From Macrostomum lignano (Eukaryota): DNA of 64,000 bases. The translations under genes were made by a program, and so were the position numbers. Positions 31,566 through 43,500 of this stretch are shown piece after piece (within the stretch, counting starts at the first letter, position 1; each line of letters starts with the position of its first letter). The stretch spans positions 62,001 to 126,000 of the forward strand of contig NIVC01000781.1 of the NCBI GenBank assembly GCA_002269645.1, given 5' to 3'. Below the pieces are notes generated by a model. That model worked only from the letters and a program-made list of their open reading frames with translations, made no database searches and had not been told where the DNA came from.

Positions 31566-34500
31566 TCAACGAGCAGTGGTAGACGTACTCAACAAGTTGA
31601 GCTTCTTGGCAGCATTAGGCGACAATTCCATGCCAATGTGATGCGAAGTGGCCTGCCGTTTGCCCAGCAGTTTGGTGGCGTGCTGCAGTATGGCGGCATT
31701 GATCGCTTGAACGTCCTTGTCAGACGAGGTGAGAAAATTGTAACCGATCCGTTTAGAAGACGGTATGCCGGAGGTCAACAGCAGTGTGCTAGACGTGCCC
31801 GATCGAATGATGAGGTGCGCCTCAGCTTCCTCGTCAGTGAGTAGTCGACAGGCCAGCACCTGAGGTTAATAAGTGTTAATAAGGATGTTCTGTTGGGACT
31901 GTTAGGTCGCTTGTGGCTGTTCTGACATCCAATACGACCTCATTCTGACACCCCACTATGGCCTCATTCCGACAACAATATGGCCTCATTCTGACACAAC
32001 AATATGGCCTTATTCTGACACCAATATAGCCCGTTCTGACAACAATATGGCCTCATTCTGACACCCCCAATATCACAACCCACCATACCCTACTCCAAAA
32101 TCACATCACAGAGAGCCTCTGACACCCCACAACAGAGCCTCTGACACCCCATAACAGAGCCTCTGACACCCCATAACAGAGCCTCTGACACCCCAAAACA
32201 GAGCCTCTGACACCCATAACAGAGCCTCTGACACCCCATAACAGAGCCTCTGACACCCCATAACAGAGCCTCTGACACCTCATAACAGAGCCTCTGACAC
32301 CTCATAACAGAGCCTCTGACACCCCATAACAGAGCCTCTGACACCTCATAACAGAGCCTCTGACACCTCATAACAGAGCCTCTGACACCTCATAACAGAG
32401 CCTCTGACACCTCATAACAGAGCCTATGAGACCCACACAATAGAGACACAATTACCCCGTCCACCCACAAAAGCAGCCACAAGCGCACCTGTCTGATATG
32501 ATCGCCCTCCTCGGTGGTGAACACGGCATTGTAAAACTGGATAATATCGCCAGCATTGCCTCGATTATCTAGCGGCACAGTTCGAAACAGAGTGTCGGTG
32601 GCCTGACCTCCGGCAGCCACGGTGGACGAGCTGCCAGTCAGATTGGCTACCCGGCGATGAGCGGCCAGGATGTGCGCGAATCTGATTGGACAGGGGGGCG
32701 ACGGTTGAGCCGCCCTAGCCGCGGCGAATAGGCCGCAGGCGATCACGTGATCCAGGTGGCGATTGCGCAATAGGCCGGGATTGTCGCGCAGCACCCGATT
32801 AATGATGACAGCGGCTCGTTGCTTAGAGACGGGGTTCAACAGGTGCAACTCGGAGGACAGCTGGGCAAGACGGGTGTCGCACAGGCGGTGCAGGTGACGG
32901 TAGAAAGCCTGACAGGAGGGGATTAAACGGGGATTTTAATAGTGAAATTGAATAGAATAGTTTCTTAGAAACTTTTTGAAGGCAAGCTATCAAAAATTGT
33001 ATGGTTTGACTTATTCTACGTAAGTCTTAACTAGGGAGGGAATTCAGTAACTAGGGGGGGGAATTCAGTAACTAGGGAGGGAATTCAGTAACTAGGGAGG
33101 GAATTCAGTAGCTAGGGAGGGAATTCAGTAGCTAGGGAGGGAATTCAGTAACTAGGGAGAGAATTCAGTAACTAGGGAGGGAATTCAGTAACTAGGGAGG
33201 GAATTCAGTAACTAGGGAGGGAATTCAGTAGCTAGGGAGGGAATTCAGTAACTAGGGTGGGAATTCAGTAACTAGGGAGGGAATTCAGTAACTAGGGAGG
33301 GAATTCAGTAACTAGGGAGAGAATTCAGTAACTAGGGAGGGAATTCATTAACTAGGGAGGGAATTCAGTAACTAGGGGGCGGGATTCAGTAACTAGGGGG
33401 CGGGATTCAGTAACTAGGGGCGGGATTCAGTAACTAGGGGGCGGGATTCAGTAACTAGGGAGGGTTTTCAGTAACTAGGGAGGGAATTTAGTAACTAGGG
33501 GGGATTCAGAAAATAGGGAAGGAATTAAGTAACTAGGGTAAAGGAATTCAGTGATTAGAAAGGGAATTAAAAGACTGTGGAGTCACTTTCTTGACCCTAC
33601 CAAAACTCAATAGCTTCATTTGAGCTATTTAAATGACAGTCTAAGAATTGGGTAAACAGAGGAGTAACTAAACTAAGTCATCTAAAAAGTGCCCCAATAA
33701 TTTAGATCAAGCAAGACACACCTGCAGTGCGGACAATCCTTTGCTCATCTTAGGCGAAGTGGCTGTGGAAGCCACCAGAGGACGCTGGCATTCAACGGCT
33801 GAGTAGCCGCGGCCGCGATTCTGCTGCACTAGCTTCCAGAGCGGACTGCCGGCAGTCCAGGCTAGAGAGTCCACAACGCGATCAACGCACAGACGGAGGT
33901 GTCGAACAATGTCGCGAGGAAAGTCCACCGCTTCAATGAGGCTCTCTACGATCTGTAGGGTGGTATGATCGAGACAAAATGAAGGGCGCTGGTACGCTTT
34001 GCGTTTCTTAGAGCTAATTGATAGTGCGTGCCAAGACTTTTGAATTTAAGGTCGAATTTAGTACTAGTCTCTGGCAATGGGACAGTCAAGGGCCGATGTA
34101 CACCAGCACCAGAGGCGCCAGCACCAGAGGCGCCAGCACCAGAGGCGCCAGCACCAGAGGCGCCAGCACCAGAGGCGCCAGCACCAGAGGCGCCAGCACC
34201 AGAGGCGCCAGCACCAGAGGCGCCAGCACCAGAGGCGCCAGCACCAGAGGCGCCAGCACCAGAGGCGCCAGCACCAGAGGCGCCAGCACCAGAGGCGCCA
34301 GCACCAGAGGCGCCAGCACCAGAGGCGCCAGCACCAGAGGCGCCAGCACCAGAGGCGCCAGCACCAGAGGCGCCAGCACCAGAGGCGCCAGCACCAGAGG
34401 CGCCAGCACCAGAGGCGCCAGCACCAGAGGCGCCAGCACCAGAGGCGCCAGCACCAGAGGCGCCAGCACCAGAGGCGCCAGCACCAGAGGCGCCAGCACC

Positions 34501-37500
34501 AGAGGCGCCAGCACCAGAGGCGCCAGCACCAGAGGCGCCAGCACCAGAGGCGCCAGCACCAGAGGCGCCAGCACCAGAGGCGCCAGCACCAGAGGCGCCA
34601 GCACCAGAGGCGCCAGCACCAGAGGCGCCAGCACCAGAGGCGCCAGCACCAGAGGCGCCAGCACCAGAGGCGCCAGCACCAGAAGGGCGCCAGCACCAGA
34701 AGGGCGCCAGCACCAGAAGGGCGCCAGCACCAAGGGTCAGATGACCTCCCTTCCACTATAAAAATCGAGTCTACTAGCCAAGGCACCCACCTTGAACAGG
34801 TGAAACGCGTGAGTGCCAGACGCCTCCAAGCACCACGCTAGCGAGGTGGAGCAGCCGAAGCTGTACAGCACCACCTGGGAGCAGGCGGCGAACAGGCAGG
34901 CTAGCAGAGTCCGGTTACTCAATAGAGACGACAATCGAACGCCAAGCTGATCTTCGTCTGGCACTTTATCAGCTTCGCAGGTGAGAATAGCGTCTAGCGT
35001 CATGTAGAACAGAGTCTCAGTGAGATTCGCACGGCGCTGCATTTCGTTGCGATTCACGTCGGCTTCCGTGACCGCTAAATCGTAGGCCGACAGAAAGTTG
35101 CTGCGCAGCTGGTTCACCTGGGGAAGTGCGGGTGGGGATAATTTGGGTCTGCGACACGAGCAGATGGACTTGGGAAGGAATTCAGCTCGTAAGTAGGGAA
35201 TTAAGTGACTCAGAGAGAGAGGGAGGGAACTCAGAGACTAAGGAGAAATTCAGTGACTAGAAAGGGAATAAAGTAAATAGGGAGGGAATTCAGAGATTAA
35301 GTAGGTATTTAACTGACTAGGGAAGAAATTCATAGACTAAGTAGGGAATTGAGTGACTAGGGAGCGAATTCAGAGATGAAGTAGGGAATTAAGTGACTAG
35401 GGAGGGAACTCAGAGACTAGGGGGAATTAAGTGACTATCGAAGGCATTCAGTGTCTAGAAAGGTGAATTAAATGACTAGGGAGGGAATTAAGTGACTAGG
35501 GAGGGAATTAAGTGACTAGGGAGGGAATTAAGTGACTAGGGAGGGAATTAAGTGACTAGGGAGGGAATTAAGTGACTAGGGAGGGAATTAAGTGACTAGG
35601 GAGGGAATTCAGTGACCATGGAAGGGTTTCACACACTAGCAAAATAATTCGGTGATTAAAAAGCAGATTTAGATACAAGAAAAGGTGAATTCAGAGCTTA
35701 TTAGAAAAGGGTTTGAGAATCTGGGGGGACTAAGGCAAATAAATGGGATAAAAGTATCCCACGCCAGTTAACACAGCGTATAAAAAGCTGTCACTCACCT
35801 GAGCCCTAATATCATCCCAAGGAGCCGTTCCCGAGCAGTACTGCCTCATCTTAGACAGAGTGGCCTCTCCAAACTCCCGCCTGCGGCCGGCCAGCAAAGC
35901 CTGCAGTCTGGCAACGCCCTGCGCTTGTATAGTTGGCGTCAAATAATCTCCTTTGTAGCCTTGAAGCAGCAGTTTGTCCGGATTAGCAAACTGTTGCACA
36001 ATATCAACATCCTCAGTTGCTAGGCGAAGCTGAGCGCCGGCCAACACGCGTTGTAGGCGGGGATTCAAGCGGCTGGCTTCTTCGTCTAGTAGAAGGCGGC
36101 AATCACCGCGAATTGGGGCGCCGACCTGACAAATATGCAGTGATTAAAGGGTAGAACAGTAACTAGACTGAAGGATCGAAGGGTAGAAAACGGAGTAGCT
36201 GAATTACATGTACAAAGAGGGTAAAAGAAGGGGTAGGTAGGTTAATCATAAAGCGGGGTAGACGAGATGGTAGGTTAATGAAAAAGCGGGGTAGAAGAGG
36301 GAGTAGGATATGGTTAAACAGGGGTAGAAGATGGAGTAGGTAGGTTAAGGTTAAACAGGGGTAGAAGATGGAGTAGGTAGGTTAAGGTTAAACAGGGGTA
36401 GAATAGGGAGTAGGTTAAGGTTAAGCAGGGGTAGAAGACGGAGTAGGATATGGTTAAACAGGGGTAGAAGATGGAGTAGGTAGGTTAAGGTTAAACAGGG
36501 GTAGAATAGGGAGTAGGTTAAGGTTAAGCAGGGGTAGAAGAGAGGGTAGGTTAAGGTTAAACAGGGGTAGAAGAGGGAGTAGGTTAAGGGGTTAAGCAGG
36601 GGTAGAAGATGGAGTAGGTAGGTAAGGTTAAACAGGGGTAGAATAGGGAGTAGGTTAAGGTTAAGCAGGGGTAGAATAGGGAGTAGATTAAGGTTAAGCA
36701 GGGGTAGAATAGGGAGTAGGTTAAGGTTAAGCAGGGGTAGAAGAGGGAGTAGGTTAAGGTTAAGCAGGGGTAGAATAGGGAGTAGATTAAGGTTAAGCAG
36801 GGGTAGAATAGGGAGTAGGTTAAGGTTAAGCAGGGGTAGAAGAGGGAGTAGGTTAAGGTTAAGCAGGGGTAGAAGAGGGAGTAGGTTAAGGTTAAACAGG
36901 GGTAGAAGAGGGAGTAGGTTAAGGTTAAGCAGGGGTAGAAGAGGGGTAGTCGGGTAGATCCACAGATAACTACAGAGAAGGGTCCAGGACTTGTAGGTCC
37001 TCAGTAACACATATATAATGAAATTCATTAAGATTTCAACCAGCTATTCTCACCTCTTTCTCAGCCACATCCGACAGTAGAATCCGTTCGTCCAGATCGC
37101 CATCGGACAGCACAAACATCTCGTAGGTGCTATTGAGATGCAGCGAAGAGTGATCAAAGTCGGACGTCTCCAAGCTCAAATAGAAATTATTAATTCCCGT
37201 GAGAATTTTCTCCTCAAACAGTCGTTCTAAACTGGCTCGAAAATAATTGGCCTGTACAACTTTGGCGTTGACGCAGGACGCGTGGGCCAGTTCGCACAGA
37301 TCCTCCAGGATGCTTAAACTGGATCGATCGCGCGGCGCGAACTGCGGGTTCAGCAGATCCGACCTGCTGTTCTTGTCTGACAGACAGACCATGTAAAGCC
37401 AGTCGATGGTCACTAGCAGCAGCAGGTGGCAATTGACTAGATCGTCTGCTATTGTAGGATAGAATGCCTTCACCTGCGGGATTGTGGGTTGGGGATTGTG

Positions 37501-40500
37501 GCATGGGATTATGCATGGATTTGAATCTGTTAGGAGGTAAGATTAATAAAACTATGCCTACAGAATTATGATATACAGTTAATAAGATCTAATAAAGGAC
37601 TGAAAAGATTTCAGTATTTCAGTATTCTATTCCACTGAAAAGATTTCAGTGGGACTGAAAAGACCACTGTAGGATTAGGAAGAACCACTGTAGGATTAGG
37701 AAGAACCACTGTAGGATTAGGAAGAACCACTGTAGGATTAGGAAGAACCACTGTAGGATTAGGAAGAACCACTGTAGGATTAGGAAGAACCACTGTAGGA
37801 TTAGGAAGAACCACTGTAGGATTAGGAATAACCAATTTAGGATTAGGAAGAACCACTGTAGGATTAGGAAGAACCACTGTAGGATTAGGAAGAACCACTG
37901 TAGGATTAGGAAGAACCACTGTAGGATTAGGAAGAACCACTGTAGGATTAGGAATAACCAATTTAGGATTAGGAAGAACCACTGTAGGATTAGGAAGAAC
38001 CACTGTAGGATTAGGAAGAACCACTGTAGGATTAGGAAAAACCACTGTAGGATTAGGAAGAACCACTGTAGGATTAGGAAAAACCACTGTAGGATTAGGA
38101 AAAACCACTGTAGGATTAGGAAAAACCACTTAGGATTAGGAAAAACCAATTTAGGATTAGGAAGAACCACTGTAGGATTAGGAATAACCAATTTAGGATT
38201 AGGAAAAACTACTGTAGGATTAGGAATACTCACTGTAGGATTAGGAACATTTACTGTAGGATTAGGAATACTCACTGTAGGATTAGGAACATTTACTGTA
38301 GGATTAGGAAAAACTGTAGGATTGGAAAATCTACTGTAGGATTAGGAAAAACCACTGTAGGATTGGAAAATCTACTGTAGGATTAGGAAAAACCACTGTA
38401 GGATTAGGAAGAAGCACTGTCTGTAGGAGTACGAATAACCACTGTAGGATTAGGATTAGGAAGTACCATTCACGGATTAAAAAGATAAGTTTTAGGACTA
38501 CAAAGAATTTCACTTTATCCCAAAAATTAAAATTATATAGATAGGGCAGCAGATAAATGAGCAAAATGAAGAGCCTCCTCACCTGCAAGAACAGAGTCCA
38601 AGCCAGATTAAACAAATCATGGCTGCCAACCTGTCTAACCGTAGCGGAAGCGCCGCCCTTCTGCCTGGACTTGCTAGTTGTCGAAGCATTATTACCAACA
38701 GTGCCAGCATTGCTCAAATTATCCGCATCATCCGACACATCAGTTCGGAATATTTTCGGAAACACTACAGTCATCTTGCGAAAACAAATAGCCGTAATGC
38801 TGAACTGGCGTTCCAGCATCATCATTCGAGATTTGAAATCTGTCGACATATCGACCATGTTAACCCACTGGCGCATTCGGTGAAAGAACTGCATCAGAGT
38901 GACGCCAGATAGCTTTAATAAGCGCGACAATGACAGCATACCGGAGCTGATGTCGCTCAGGTGCGTGCCAGACGTCTCGGCGTGACTGCGCTGTTTGACG
39001 CAATCGAACAGGGAACAGACGAGCCACTGCATTGGCTCGCCATCCAGCGAGTAGTTGGACCAGACAGCTAAATTCAAACAGTTGAAGGTGAGAATTAAAA
39101 ATTAAATATCTTTCAATAGAAGCATTTCAGTCTACACATACCTTAGCCAAGGTAAGTTGCAAAATTCCCACCCAAAAGACAATACTAATTAGATGACGAG
39201 GCATTCAGCCTTAGTAGTACAGATATAGTTACTCCCGCCGTTTACCAAAATTACGTTAAGTGGCATTTCTGGTCAAAAAGTAAGTTGCATGGTCAGTGTA
39301 AACTTAAGGGGATAAGGAAATTCTTTCAATGTTTTGAAAGAATTTACAACATTGTTATTGCCTACACCCACACCAATGTAAGCCATCTACAGGAGGCCCA
39401 ATGAGTTTCAATTCCTACTTTTTAATATGTAATGCGATGTCGCACTTATAATGCGACTTATAAGTAACCTACCTACAAATCAGTCTTGAATATAATGAAT
39501 CATTTCAATATCCTAATGGATAGAATCAGGAAAAGATTAAGAGTCATTCAAAATCTAGAAGATAAGAATTATTAATAAAGGTGCTAGATCAAACGTTGGC
39601 AAACTCTAGCCTGCAGGACACATGTAGCATACAAAGACTATCTAGTCCTTCAGGTTCTTTGAAGCTTCTTAGTAGCAATCACAGTCACTAAAAGGTTTGT
39701 GCCTTCTTAGCTTTTTTCTTCTAGATCTTCTCTCATCTCTCATCTCCTTTTTTCCTCTCTATTTTCCCTCTATTTTCCCTTCTTTCTTCTTTTCTCTTCC
39801 TTCTCCCTTTCTCTCGCCTTTTTTCTCCCCTTTACTTTTCTCTCTATAGTCTATATAGTCTAATAGTCAATAATAGAGGTTGGATTTTATATTTGCAAAC
39901 ATGTATTATAAGCTTGTAAGATACAAATGTAAAAAGTAACAAAACAAGAAAATAAACCATTATATATTAGATTATAGATACTTGGTAATGTCAATAAATA
40001 TAAAATATATTAGGGTAAAACATCATCAACCACACAGTGATTCTTCAAAACTGGACAAGTTTATCAGCTTCTATTTTACTACTGTGCTTGATAATAACAA
40101 ACTTAAGAGCTTAACTTAACCACTCATTTGAAAGAACTTGTAACTATCTGCAAAATGGCACATCCATTGTTTGAAAGTTTTCTATAGAAAAAAAAGATTT
40201 GTTTTTATCCAATGAAAAAATCATGAAATTTACATTTTGCAAAGATTTTTGTTTTTCAGCAGCTCCTGAAAAAATGTTTATAACTTTATAATCATGGCTC
40301 CATTTCTTATACCCAATGTCTCATTTTATTCAGCATAAAATGATCTATTGATTGACATTAAATGTGACTTCAATTTGCTGGTAACTTTCACATTTAGCCC
40401 TGTCTGGTTGATGATGCAATTCTGTCCATTTGGTTTGGTTTACAGATTTGTGCACCATCAACCAGACAAAGAATCATCAACTAGATGGGTAAAAAATGCA

Positions 40501-43500
40501 AGCAATAAAAAGTTTTTAGCTAGTAAAATAAACAGAATATATGTTTTGTTTTTTCACCTAAATTACAAATCAAAGCAGTTTTTATAAGTTTGTTGTTAAA
40601 AAACAATAACCATTTTGTTTTACACATTTGAGCTTTGAACACCAGATTTTCAGAATTTGTTTTATAAATCTCCAGTAAAAAAACAGTCAAATGTTTTATT
40701 CACTATGTACAGTAGTAAAGCAAAGGCTGGCAAAATATCAATTATTTTCAGACAATAGTGTCAAAAAGTGACGGACTCCAACTTGCTAAACTCTATGGAG
40801 TAAATAGGCCTAGCTTATTTTAACTAGCAACATTACTACGCTAACTTTAGTACTGCGGCCAATAACTATCTGCATTTGGTGCCAGAGATATATATGTATT
40901 CAGCAAGTAGATGTGGTAGTGGCTTTAAAAAGGTGCTTGAATAGTTTGGTGCATACATGTGCAAATACATGTGCAACCTCCAAAATTCGGTCAGCCGTGC
41001 GACTTAGTTTTAACAAAAATGCGACGTAGTTTTTGGCCAAAAATGCGACTTACATATAAAAAAACCCGAAAGCAAAATTAACGCAACTTTGGGTAAACGG
41101 CAGGAGTAACTATGACTGTTTTATTAAGCTAAAATGCCTCGTCAGCTACTTAGTACTACTCTTCAGGTTATTTTTTGGGTGGGCATTTTTGCGACTTCCT
41201 TGATTGGCCACCAAATCGGTCGGCCAGATCGGCCGACTCGGCCGGATCGGCCGACTGTTGCGCATGTATGGTTTGGTGTGGGCTAAAGCCAAAACCAAAT
41301 AAACAAACATGGGTGTCCCCAAGCTGGCTACTCCCAATAGTGCCCTCTTGGTGCCACTAAAAATATTGCCATTACTAAGTAGCACCAGTGCCTTCAAGCA
41401 AACATGTAAATGTGGCATTCCATGCCCTTCATCATCCCCAGTGTGGCGCCCCAAGCATAGTGCAAGGTGCACCTATATAGATTGCCAATAAGCTCTATTG
41501 TATTTCAAGAACCACTATAGGAGTACATTTACTTTCTGTTTGCTATCTCAAATACAATAATCTATTGTTTCCTTATAATTAACTACTCCCATAGGTAAAA
41601 TTGAGATATTTATTGGGTTGTGTGCCGGGGATGCTAAAAGGACACCAAAAGCACGCTAAAGCATGCTCTAAAATGTGGAAGAGTCTTGTGTTCTGGGGCT
41701 AGCTTTGGGAGTACCTATTGGGGGAGGAGACGATTCAGTACAATGTAGCGCTATGAGGGCGCTTTGGTAGGGCGCAGCCAGGGCAGGGCAGCTTTAAGTT
41801 CACTGGGTTGCAGGGTGCTTTGGGAGAGCTTTACCCCTTCAAAAGAATCTCTGCTTGCCCAGCCCTTGGCTTTGCTTTGCTTCTTCCAAACAATATACCA
41901 AACTTTAGGGTGGTATACCCAAAGGAGCAAGGCTGAGGTGGGCTGTTCCTAGAATTTTCCTTAAATTCACTCATCACAATGTTTTCAGGTGTCTATAATT
42001 ATTACAGAAAGTGGACAGCCACCCCACTATAGTTGCACTACTGGTTTTTAGATAAATTGAGGATCTATAAAATATATATAGCTTGTGCCTCTAAAAATCG
42101 AAGGCATTTAGGCAGCCACTACTCATAATCATTAGTAATAGCTAGTATTGATTGCAGTAAGGCAAAATTAAAACCACCAGTATATATATGAAGCCTTATT
42201 ATTGACGCATTCTATACTATGCCATTCATCCATGATTCTACCGCCACCCTTGTTGGATCTCATCTAGTTAGGGTGGATGAATCAAAGCATTGAGACAATT
42301 GATAGAGGCCAACTCAATCTTCCAGTTTCAGTTGAATTTGCACATTACTGGCAGCTGAGCTCTAAATGGCAACTAATGCTTTATATGCCAACATGTTGCA
42401 TTCATGAGATAGAGATGTGATAGCTGTTTGTGAAAGTGCAAAAATGGGCAAAATTTGTAAGAACTATGCAATCATTGGCTGAATTGACTCTGTCTATATA
42501 ACACTCTATATCTGTCTCTCTTGTATATAAGAATTATAAGCTCACCTTGTTATCCAGGAAAGGTTTTTCTATATTTTGCATTAGGCCAACTTGCTCCTCT
42601 TTGCCTGTCTCTTCTCCGCTGGTCTCCTATCTCTCTGCCCATCTTCTCTCTGTCTATCTCCTCTCTGCTAGTCTCCTTCCTCCCCCCTGACTCCTCTCCA
42701 CCCATCTCCTCTTTGCTAGTATCTTCTCTGCCCATCTCCTTTCCACCCAACTCTTCTCTGCCCATCTCCTTTCCACCCAACTCTTCTCTGCCCAACTCTT
42801 TTCCACCTATCTCCTCTTCTCCTATCTTCGGTTTAAAGATCATACATGCGCAACAGTCGGCCGAGTCGGCCGATCCGGCCGACCGATTTGGCGGCCAACC
42901 AAAGAAGTCGCAAAAATGCCCACCCGAAAAAACACCCAAGCAGTAGTACTAAGTAGCTGACGAGGCATTTTAGCTTAATAAGACAGTCATAGTTACTCCT
43001 GCCGTTTACCCAAAGTTGCGGTAATTTTGCTTTAGGGTTTTTTACATGTAAGTCGCATTTTTAGCCAAAAACTACGTCGCATTTTTTGTTAAAACTAAGT
43101 CGCACGGCCGACCGAATTTTGGAGGTTGCGCATGTATGTTAAAGATACATATACATCTCTAGTTTTGGATGAAAAATGACTATAATTTATTTTTTCTAAA
43201 CCAAAATACTTAAGTCAACACTTTTCTTAAAGCTAAGAAAGTTTTCTACAACTTTTTTTCTTTGGCTCTTATATCTACAAAATATAATTCATAAATTCAG
43301 TTTTATTTTATAAAATATGACTTTCTTGTCTGGTTGATGATGTTTTATCCTATGCTTTTACTAATGAAAGTGCTTATTCCCATGGTCCTATACCAATTTC
43401 CAATTTCCATGGTCCTATTCCAATTTTATCCACACAGATCTGTGTCAATAATTTTCAGCTTATCCCCACAGCAGCTTATTAAAATAGCTGCCATCATTCA

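Noticed and set aside
34018-34841. Collagen/elastin-like GASGA, APEAP, RRQHQ and WCWRL ORFs
   Set aside because: All six frames are open only because of the 15-bp unit, and the region lies between valid RBL splice sites.
37650-38430. Telomeric repeat (TTAGG-containing)
   Set aside because: TTAGG occurs once per 21-bp unit and is not a tandem (TTAGGG)n tract.
40952-43138. Composite transposon formed by inverted MITE copies 1 and 2
   Set aside because: Each copy has its own distinct perfect 8-bp TSD, so they inserted independently.
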